Origin: Eledone cirrhosa
Lineage: Eukaryota
Reading direction: 5' to 3'
Assembly: GCA_964016885.1 (NCBI GenBank)
Contig: OZ024741.1
Coordinates: forward strand, 199,888,001-199,952,000
Length of the DNA stretch: 64,000 nucleotides
Shown here: one piece after another, positions 26,439 to 37,197 of the stretch
Layout of the letters: every line of letters begins with the position of its first letter
Numbering within the stretch: position 1 is the first letter of the stretch
Notes under the pieces: generated by a model
The model's database searches: none
Told to the model about the DNA's origin: nothing
What the model saw: only the letters and a program-made list of their open reading frames with translations
Made by a program: the position numbers and the translations under genes

Positions 26439-28940
26439 AATCCATCAAATTATGCTTAAAGATGTGAAGTGTAAATGTGAGGAAACGGCAGAACTTGAAT
26501 GAATTGATGGAGAAACTGGGTTTAAAAAGGAATCAGAAGTGGTGTGCAAGAGAGAAGACTGCGTTAGTATGTGTATGGTTGATTGCTGGGTGAAGAAGTG
26601 CCAAGAAATCCCAGTGGAAAGAAGACAGTAGAGGTAGACAAAGGAAGACCTGGGTAGAGGTGGTGGGACTTGATCACAAATCATTGAGACTCGTGGAGGA
26701 GATGACAAAGGAATGCGATGAGCGGAGAGATGCTGTGCTGAAAAGAGCCTGTTCAACCCATGCAAGCATGGAAAAATGGACATAAAAATTACGATGATGA
26801 TTTCGCAATGGTGGTATTCAGCTGCACAGTTGTGTCTATATTAGTCTTCATACAGAATAGTACTGTGCAGGCACCTATATGAATTGCATGTATGATTTTG
26901 GGGGGGTATATAATCTTTATTATAGTTTAACCATATAAGGATGATTTTAATCACAATTTAGGTTAATTATTCTCATAAGCTACTTATGTAAGTGGCATAG
27001 TTTTCCATTCATGCTTTAAATTTTGTTTTGTTGGATTATAACATATTTTGTTTCACTGCTATTTATATGCAGCCTAGTGGTTAGGGTGTTGAACTTATGA
27101 CCATAATGTTGTTGGTTCAATTCCTGGACTGGGTGGTGCATTGTGTTCTTTAACAAAATACTTTATTGTTCCAGTCAACTCATCTAAAAATGAGTGCTAG
27201 CAACAGCAGGAGGTTAAATCACCATGAAACCAGGATAAGCTCCAATCTAATGTGCCTCAGTGCTTGGGACAGACTTCAACTTTTTTATTCTATAAATTAC
27301 AAGATTGTAATCTTGCTCCCTGATGTATTTCAGCTTTAAATTTTTGTCGTATTTTTTTGCCCTATTTATACAATATTTACACTAATTTTAAAGCAACCAG
27401 TACACCTTGTAAGGGGGGTGTGTGTTACTGGTACCACAACAAAACGTACCAAGTTCACCTTGTAAGGTGGTAGTGCTAGAGCCATGATGAAAAACAACCA
27501 GTCGACATTGTAAGGTGGTCATGCTGGTGCCAAGACAAAAATACTCTGTCCTACCTGTAAAGCAGTAGTCCTGGTGCCATGACAAAAAGCAATATATTCA
27601 CCCTGTAAGATGTGGTAGTGCCATGACAAAAGCTGTCTGTGGTTGGCATTAAGGACATCCAGCCAGAGAAGACCAAGCCAAAAATGGACCGTATAAGCAA
27701 AACATGGTCACTTGACCTATCTAGCTTCATAAATGTGCCAGCCCATCTAACCCATGCAAGCATGGAAAATAGACATTAAACAGTGATGATGATGATGATA
27801 ATTACATCTCCAAAAACTAGACAACTAGGTCTACTTAGACTATCTAGCATTGTCACCATCACCATTGTTTTCATGCCAACTTTTCCATGTTCACATAGGT
27901 TGGACAGGACTTTTTGAGGCAATGTTTTACTGCCAGATGTCCTTCCTAACACAGGGGGATACAGCGTACCTATTCTAATCCAGATACATATAGCCTCATA
28001 CAACACAGGGATAGAGTGTATCTATTCTAACACACTGCCAGACTGTATCTATTCTAACACACTGCCAGACTGTCTAGATCAAAGGTTCTCAACCCATTTC
28101 GGCCAAACGCCCCCCTTTTGCTCCTCAAATTCACGACCCCCCCTCCACCCCTAATTTTTCCATTTTTCAATATACTACTGATTTTGATATCAGTAGATTA
28201 CTGGGCCAAATCAAGTTATGTTAGAATCTTTAAAAAATACTTGTACGAATTAAATACAAAAACGTTTAAGTCCAAAACAAAAGCAAGCTATTTCAAATTA
28301 TATATTTTTGAAAAATAGACATGAATGTTCTCAAAGATTTGATCTCAGTCGAAAAAGCTTTTTTTTTTAAAATTCTATATTTCACTGTTAGCTGTTGCAA
28401 TATTTTGAGTAGATAGACAATTCTACAATTCAAACTATAAAGTTAAAATACAAAAGGTGCAAAATATGAAGAATTTCTTACCTTTCTCTGAAATCACAAA
28501 CTCAAGGGAAAAATAGTACCTTGCAAAATAAAATACCTCGTAGCAAAATAAAATACTTAGTAGCAATGATTGAGAAGCTTGGTGACAGTGAGAAAACATT
28601 ATCTGTATCCCTTATATATACACATAGATACACGCACACACATAAATGCGGACACACACACACACAAACTTGTGTGTGTGTGCCTTGGTTTTGGTACAGA
28701 AAGTATTTTGTCTCCAGTTTTTATTGCCAGGTCAAAGGCCACTGCTCTTTTCAACAACGCCATATATATCCAGCGAATTTCTGACCGTTAAGGTTGATTT
28801 CCATGGGTATGTCGTTATTTATAAAACAAATTTTGTATTTTATCTGATGAAAGTGCACCAAGATTGCTTGGTCACCCTTGAAATATATATAATAAAATAA
28901 ATATGGTTTTATAAATTTAGTTTCCATTTATTAATATCTT

Positions 28941-29005
<65 letters not shown>

Positions 29006-29585
29006 GTAGTGACCTACATTCCGCGGGCTCATATACATTCTCCATGCGTTACTTGGCTCAGCCCAGCCAATGACCACCAACAGAGGAGAATGTATCTCTA
29101 CGCGCCCTGAGGGAAAAATTCCCGCGTCTGCTCGGAAGATCTGCCTCTTGCAGCCTGACCGTGGAAAGGTAAACAACTATTTTTCTTTTGCCATGAAATC
29201 ACTGGCCAATATGTAACACAAGAATTTAACCACAGCCTGGCAACACTTCAGCCAGTAGACCGTGCCTTCTAAAAATCTTAATTCGTTTGTTTTATTTCTC
29301 TTGGCATGCCAGCTCTACTCAGCTCTACTTAGCTCTACTCAGCTCAACCTTTGTTAATAAATAACATAAAAACAAGCTAAAGTCGTTGCCGATATTCTTA
29401 TCATATCTTTCTACCAAACTGGTTACTCATAGCGCTATAACTATTACATCACTACTTCTATAACTCTGCTAAACTGGTAATTATGATAGGACTACTAAAT
29501 CTATATAATACTGTTAAGACGGAGGAGTATATAAGTATGAAATGTTCCTTTAAAATATATATACACATCAACCACACATTCCTGT

Positions 29586-29679
<94 letters not shown>

Positions 29680-30417
29680 GAGAGAAAGAGGGAGAGACAG
29701 AGAGAGTGAGAAATGTGAGTGTGTGTGTGTGTGTGTTTGGTACACGTCTATCTATCTCCAACAGAGGGCTCAAACATGTGGCCCGCGAACTACTTTTCTG
29801 TGGCCTGTGGTAGAACCTATATATAGAAAATATATATATATGTGTGTATGTATAATATATATATATATATATATATTATATATACACACACACACGTTTT
29901 TTATATATATTTACCTCGGCTGTGTTTGTCTGTTTCTCTCTTACTGCTTCCCCATTCTCTCTGTTGCTCTCACCTTCTTTCGCCCCCTCTGTCAGTTACA
30001 CTTTCTCTCGACTGACCTCTTCCTCGCACTTCCACTCACTCACTCTCTGTTTCTCCACTTCTCACTTCCTCCCGTTTGGCTTGTAGTGGTTTCTCTTCTT
30101 GCTCACATCTCATTCATGTCGAACGGTCTGTATCTCGATCGTTCATGAAATCCACCCAGCTGATGCTGACCGGATAACCATGTTGCTTGTTTATTCCTAT
30201 CTTTGCGTTGCTTTCATCCTTCTATGTTGTTTACTTGTCTCACTCGCTTTACGCGATTTACTTGTCCCAATAGCTTTATTTAGCTATTGCTCGCACCAAC
30301 CTGAGGTATATGATTTTTAATGCGATGATACCAATGAAGGTTGGAAAATCACTGACGAAGGACTATTTTTATCATATGTAACCCATGTGCAACCACGCAG
30401 TATTCTTCTTTCTTCTC

Positions 30418-30457
<40 letters not shown>

Positions 30458-30783
30458 GTTATTAGGAGTATTCCAAAGCTTGGTAGAACAAGTTGTGAGG
30501 AAAGTTCTCAACATACGTTAAGGTGACTCGACAGGTTGGTAGGGATTCTGTAGTGGAAACACGAACAAACGAGGAGTGTAATCAAAGAAGAGAAATAGGA
30601 CGAAGGTAAACAGTTACAAAGGTCATTCCAACTTTGTATTTTGAAAATTCAGATGCCACAGTATCTTTCTTGATTGCCTATTATAACATAGTGTAGCAAT
30701 AATGGACTGAAATTCTGATGAAACAATTGTTAATACGTGGATTAAATTCTTTTGTAACTGCTTACCTTCGTCCTATTTCTCTT

Positions 30784-30819
<36 letters not shown>

Positions 30820-31510
30820 GTCAGGCAAACCATATTGTTTTAAATTAGAATTTTTCAACCTAGCTAATTTGGTCATTTGCAATTGGAACACATGTATAGT
30901 TATATCTGTGTTCATCCCTCTCCTATATCCAATTGTATATATATATATATATATATATGAAAAAATGGGGAGATGAATACTGCAGGTTGCACATGGATAA
31001 CATGTTATAAAATGAGTCCCTCATCAGTGATTTGCCGACGATCATAGATATTTCATTGCATTAAAAATCATATACCTCACGTTGGTGCAATAATAACTAA
31101 ATTAAGTTATTAGGACAATTAAAACGCGTAAAGCGAGTGAGACAAGTAAACAACAAAGAGGAAAGCTAACCGTATATATATATATATATATATCCTTACA
31201 CACTTAAATATAAATGCATATATATATATATATACAAATGTATAAATGCATAACTATATACATTCGTAAGTGTATGTATATATGTATGTATGTAGATTTA
31301 TATATATATATATGTCTGTGTGTGTGTGTATGTAGATTTATATATATATATATGTGTGTGTATGCATGTAGGTAGATTTCATCATCATCATCATTTCATT
31401 TTATGTCCGTTTTTTCCCTGCTTGCAAGGGTGGGACGGGAACTGATTTTATATATATATATATATATGTATGTAGATTTATATATATATATATATATACA
31501 TATATATATC

Positions 31511-34500
31511 TCATCATCATCATCAACGTTTAACGTCCGTGTTCCACGCTTGCATGGGTTTGGACGGGGGTATTCCCACTTGAGGCAAGAGTGATTGTCT
31601 TGCTCGCATAGGACTGTCTGGCAGGTTTTCTACAGTTGGATGCCCTTCCTAACACCAACCACATTTACAGTGTGGGACTGGGAGGTTTTTACCGTGTTGC
31701 CTACACGGCCACATTACAGCGTGGACTGTGTGTTTTTTTGTCGTGACACCTACACGATCTCATTTGTTTCGGCCTGGATGTTGTGGCACCAACATAACTT
31801 TACATAGGAGGGGGTGGTGTGGATGGGGGTGTGGGTGGTGGGACGGGGGTGTATTTTGTTAGAGATGCCTACTGGCTGTATTAGGTTTTACTATGTATTT
31901 AGGTAAGGCGGGTCTTCTCTATTACTGAGTACCGCCAAAGGTCTCGGTCCAGTGACATTGTCTTGGAGAGGTGTAAGTGTGTGAGGTCGGAGTTTATCAG
32001 CTCGTCCCAGGATTTTCTAGGTCTGCCTATTCCGTGGCTACCGTCTATCTTTATTGCCCTGCACTTTGTTATACAGCTATCGACTTTCATGCGCATCGCG
32101 TGTCCGTACCAACGTAGCCTTCTCTCGAGTAAACAACATCTGATCCCTCTTATTTCTAATTTTTTCCTTAGTTCGTTTATGCTTTGCCGTTCACGTATAT
32201 TACTATTACACATCCAGCGGAGCATGGAAGCTTCGTTCCTCTCTAGTCTGCGTATATCCTCTGCGCACAATGCCCAGGTCTCACTGCCATGCAACATTGC
32301 TGTTCGTATGCAGGCATCATACAACCTGCCTTTCATTTTTAGGGAGAACCCTTTAGCGGCTAATAGTGGTATAAGCTCTCTGAACTTTTTCCATCCAGTT
32401 TTGACTCTAGCTACTGTACTTTCGGAGCACCCTCCCCCACTGCTGATTTTGTCACCCAGGTAACGGAAGCTGTCCACTATTTCTATAGAGCCCTCTGCGC
32501 AATTGAAAGAGTTAGTATTTTGTGGGCACTCGCTGCTACTTATTGCACCAGAGCACCGCCCACATGTAAAATCTAAGTTCTTAGTTAGCTTACCTGTGAT
32601 CCCACTACATCTTTTATGCACCCATACTTTGCATTTGGGACATAAAATGGAGTTTCTACCTACGCCTTTCCTACACACTGAGCATGGCCATTTCCCGAAA
32701 GGGACCGCCGCCTTATTTTCTTTCCTACAAACTAGAACTTTAGTCTTAGCCAGGTTAATTTTAAGGCCTTTTGATTCTAGGCCGTGCTTCCATGTTTGGA
32801 ATTTCTTCTCTAGCTCGGCCATTGATTCAGCTATGAGTGTCAGGTCGTCTGCGTATAGGAGTTCCCATGGGCAGCCGGTCTTGAACTCCTCTGTTATAGC
32901 CTGAAGGGCAATAATAAATAGTAGGGGGCTGAGAACAGAGCCCTGATGGACGCCAACTTTTACGCTAAACTCTTCACTATATTCGTTGTTAATTCTAGCC
33001 TTGCTGACTGTTTCTTTATACATGGCTTGTATAGCTCTCACAAGCCATTCGTCGACACCTAGTTTTCTAAGGGCCCACCAGATAATGGAACGGGGGACTC
33101 TGTCGAAGGCTTTCTCCAAGTCGACAAAAACTAAGTAGAGGGGTTTACCTTTAGCTAGGTACTTCTCCTGTAGTTGACGTACAATGAAAAGAGCGTTTGT
33201 GGTACTTTTGCCTGACACAAACCCGAACTGCATTTCATCTAGGTCAATTCTCTCTCTGATTAGTTGTGCTATTACTTTTTCCGTGACCTTCATGACCTGG
33301 TCGATTAGTTTAATGCCTCTATAGTTACTCCTATCTAGGGCATCTCCTTTACCCTTATAACAGTTAACGATGCTGCTGCTATGCCAGTCCTTCAGAACAA
33401 CCCCATTCTGTACGACTTGGTTAACTATCCGGGTGACCAAGGTGTGTCCCACCGAGCCAGATGCCTTCAGCATCTCAGCAACTATTTCCGAAGGCCCAGC
33501 CGCCTTACCCGTCTTCATATCCTTGATTGCCTTACTTATTATACTACCCTCGACTAACACTGCTGGTCCCTCTATTGGGTCGATGTGGGGGAGACTGTCT
33601 TTCTCCCATTTATTCTCCTCATTTAGTAGCCTTTCATAGTGGCACTTCCAAGCTACCTTCTTATCAGCGTCGGTGATGGCAAGTACGCCGTCATCATTAA
33701 GTACACACTTCTCCCCGACAATATCACGGTTTTCCTTGACACATTGCCTAGCAATCCTGAACACCTCACGTTTTTGGTCCTCGCGTTGTAGAACATGCTT
33801 GAACTTTCTTTCCTCTGCTTCCCTTCTTGCGAAGTACACTTGTCTCCTAGCCTCCCTCCTGGCCACTTGATAGTCTTCTCTACTTCCCCCATCCCGCCAT
33901 ACTTTCCAAGCCTGCTTTTTGGCCTTAATTGACCCCTCCACCCTACTGTTCCACCACCATGTTACTCTCCTCCTGCCTACAGGCCTGCTCCAGCCACAGA
34001 CTTCGTCTGTCGCCATCAGCAGGTTTGCTTTCAGAAATTCCCACTGTCCCTCTATATTGTCCGACTCTAAATGCTCTTCCTTACTGTCGAAAGCATCAAG
34101 TAATATGCTTTAAAATTTATTTCTGGCTGTGGGGTCCTCTAGCTTCCATATTTTTCTCCTGAGGATAGTCCTCTTCTGCTGTCGAGTACGTCTCGTCCTG
34201 ACTATTAGGTCGCTAATTATCAGTCTATGTTGGGAGGTGCATTCTTCATGGGGGAGGGATTTAGTGTTTACAACAGTCACTTTGTCATGTCTTCTGGTAA
34301 GGATATAATCTACCTGGCTTGTGTGTTCCCCGGATCTATAGATGATCAGGTGATTGTCACGTTTTTTGAAGTTAGTGTTACAGATAGTTAGGTTATTTGC
34401 GTCACAGAATTCCAGGATTCTGGAGCCTTCCTCATTTCTAGTACCAAACCCATAGCCTCCATGGATTTCGTCGTAGCCGTCACAATGTTGTCCAACGTGA

Positions 34501-34758
34501 CCATTTAGGTCGCCTGCGATAATTATATAGTCACTGTCGGTTATTTGGGAGGTAGTGAGCATCAGTGTCTCATAGAATCTGTCTTTTATAGTGCCGGGCA
34601 GTCCGGATTGGGGTGCGTACGCAGATATTAGTGTCACCGTAGTTCTATTGAGGACAAGTCTTATTTTAATTATTCTGTTGTTCACTCTATTTACGTCTAT
34701 TATCTTATCTGCCCACTTTTCTGCTACCATGATTCCTACTCCACCCAGCCCATCGTCG
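31511..34758 (-). mobile_element. Young 5'-truncated RTE LINE (APE + RT + PHD finger) with a single in-frame stop
   Basis: ORFs 34110-34730 and 31899-34016 are in the same frame, separated only by TAA at 34110-34112. (CAT)n tail at 31511. Confidence 0.97.
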
Positions 34759-34797
34759 TATATATATATATTTATTAAAATAACAGATTATTATTAT

Positions 34798-34799
<2 letters not shown>

Positions 34800-34858
<59 letters not shown>

Positions 34859-34981
34859 GATTTATATAAATGTATGTATGTAGATTTATATAAATGTATG
34901 TATGTAGATTTATATAAATGTATGTATGTAGATTTATATATATGTATGTATGTAGATTTATATATATGTATGTATGTAGAT

Positions 34982-35014
<33 letters not shown>

Positions 35015-35059
35015 AATTTATATGTATGTATGTATGTAGATTTATATGTATGTATGTAG

Positions 35060-35091
<32 letters not shown>

Positions 35092-35361
35092 GTATGAAAA
35101 TTTATATATATATATATATATGTATGTAGATTTATATATATATATATGTATGTATGTATGTAGATTTATATATATATATGTATGTATGTATGTAGATTTA
35201 TATATATGTATGTATGTATGTATGTAGATTTATATATATATATGTATGTATGTAGATTTATATATACATATGTATGTATGTAGATTTATATATATATGTA
35301 TGTAGATTTATATATATATATGTATGTATGTAGATTTATATATATATATGTATGTATGTAG

Positions 35362-35420
<59 letters not shown>
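34800..35420. repeat. Compound (TA)n/(TATG)n/GATT minisatellite, also present at ~31270-31500 on the other side of the RTE
   Basis: Recurrent TATGTATGTAGATTTATATA units. Confidence 0.95.
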
Positions 35421-35549
35421 CTTAGGGTAAATATTGATGCAATTCAATTCAAGCACTCAACGTACTTTTTCCACATAGGAGTGACGGAGTAAATATCGAA
35501 TAAGGAAAAGCGAAGTAGTTTCAGATGTTCAAGTCCTTTAATAATAATG

Positions 35550-35627
35550 ATGTGATATATATTTCAATGACGACACTGGCCACACTGTTCTGTGTGCGAG
35601 TGTCGTGACATCATCAGCTTGTTACAT
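35550..35627 (-). ncRNA. Degenerate type I hammerhead ribozyme motif (PLE-type)
   Basis: Minus strand: CTGATGA, long stem II (ACGACACT/AGTGTCGT), then GAAA-TATA-TA. Stem I is disrupted. Confidence 0.5.
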
Positions 35628-35849
35628 AATAGGGTTATGTTTCCGAGGCAATCCAAATTGAATCAACATGGGAACGGACGAAGTGTGTGTTTTGGGTTCT
35701 TCATCCGTTCCCCTGTGAGTACCAATTCACCCCCACCGGTCTGCGCAGGCACATGTCCGAAGAAAGTTGCCCATTATCCACCGCAGATTTCAACGAAATT
35801 CGCTTAGTCAGTTCTATAATTAGTAGGTATTGCTAAGCATAGAAAAGTT

Positions 35850-36300
35850 TATTAAGTAGAGAATGGAGAATACTAAATAAGAGATTGTAGTTGGTAGTGA
35901 AAAATTTAATGCAAACTTTACAAGGGCTCTAACACAGCTGCTGTAAAAAGTTAGTAAAGTGTGATCAGCCAATGCTATCTTACAATTACAGGTTAATAAG
36001 TTGAGAAAAGAAAATACTAAATAAGAAATTTAGAAATTGTAGAATAGGAGTAGTAACAAAAAAGAAGAAATTACAGGGGTCGAACACATCTGTTATAAAG
36101 TTAGTAAAGTGTAATCAGCCAATTCTATCTTAAAATTACAAGGGTGGGGGTACTGAGGCTACAGAGGACCGATGGGCTGCATCCTCTGTAGTCTCAGTAC
36201 CCCGACCCTTGCCGTCGGTCCTATTACCCACTCTACTACACTAAGTATTGAGTACTTTGCGTTATGGTCCATCTGGTTCCTTACCACAATTCCTTTGTTA
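35850..36300. mobile_element. Penelope-like (Naiad-related) terminal fragment with an internal inversion
   Basis: 36080-36180 is homologous to 37740-37840. 36219-36300 matches the reverse complement of 40287-40372. A 27-bp stem hairpin (36142-36208) sits at the junction. Confidence 0.65.
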
Positions 36301-37110
36301 TATATATATATATATATATATATATGGCTATGCATTTATACATTTGTATATATACCTGCATTTATATTTAAGTGTGTTGACATGATTTATGTTTTTTTTT
36401 TGGTAAGGAGAAAATTCTGTCTCCAGATTTTATTACTTAGGGAGATTAAATACCAAAGCTTTGGCTGAAAGCTGACCAGGTGCTCAACCTCATCAAACAC
36501 TAATGCAGGCCTGTGTGTGTATATATGTGTGTGTGTGTGTATGTTCGTATGTACATCACATTGCTTCTTTTTGTTGTCATTTCTGTTGAAGTTGTTATTG
36601 TAACTGTTGTCAAAGTTGACACCCTTATGTTCATTTTCTTTGATTTCTTTTGTTTTTCTTTTATCTCCCTAGGGAATTCGTCGACAAGCTTTTATTTATT
36701 TTCGTTTTGTTCATTCAAATGCATTCACACTGGCTGTCTAAGAGACGTACAAATATGACTTATAAAACTTACCAAACTAAAGGGGCTTCCAGCGCCCCCC
36801 AAAGCCTCAAAGCCCCCTCACCCCTACCCCCAACCTTAAACGCCCCCCGGAGCTCCGAAACGCTCCCTGAGGCTCCGAAATGTCCCCTGGTAGGGCATAT
36901 ACCCCCCGTTGAGAACCTTTGGTCTAGATGGTTTAAAAAAAAAAAACACTGAATGATATTAGATGATTCTTTCTTTTTATTTTTTTTTCAATTTCCTTCT
37001 TGTTAACCTTTTAAATTGGAACTTTCTTATTTAAATAAGTTTTAATATATATATATATATATTTTTTAGATATATCTGTTACTATATTTATTATTACTTT
37101 TATATTTCAG

Positions 37111-37197
37111 GTTCTATATCTGACAACATTTTTGAAACTTTCATCCAAGGGCAAGAAAGCTGTATACAAAATGCCACTGATTCCACAGGAAACATTT
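37111..37197 (+). CDS. Rel: Rel exon 2 (SISDNIFETFIQGQESCIQNATDSTGNI)
   Basis: Strong acceptor TTTTATATTTCAG and donor T|GTAAGT. 87 nt, phase 1-1, open, and joins exon 48591 in frame. Confidence 0.75.

Larger units (their letters stand above)
28080..36921. mobile_element. Non-autonomous hAT (Charlie-type) shell, 8.8 kb, with nested insertions
   Basis: TIR CAAAGGTTCTCAAC at 28080 and GTTGAGAACCTTTG ending at 36921. Perfect 8-bp TSD GTCTAGAT at 28072-28079 and 36922-36929. Confidence 0.85.

Noticed and set aside
29458-30148. ORFs rich in YI/HT/CV repeats
   Set aside because: Translations of (TA)n and (CA)n microsatellites.
30695-30735. Hammerhead-like CTGATGAAACAATTGTTAAT
   Set aside because: The CTGATGA and GAAA overlap, stem II is absent and stem I is only 3 bp; at best a dead relic.
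30975-31060. CTGATGAG (minus) and CTGACGAAG (30352) hammerhead cores
   Set aside because: No downstream GAAA, stem III or stem I.
31963-33639. Long antisense ORFs opposite the RTE (also opposite other RTE and PLE copies)
   Set aside because: Shadow ORFs from the codon structure of the RT frame, with no independent motifs.
35422-35427. TTAGGG telomeric seed next to a PLE relic
   Set aside because: A single hexamer, expected by chance.
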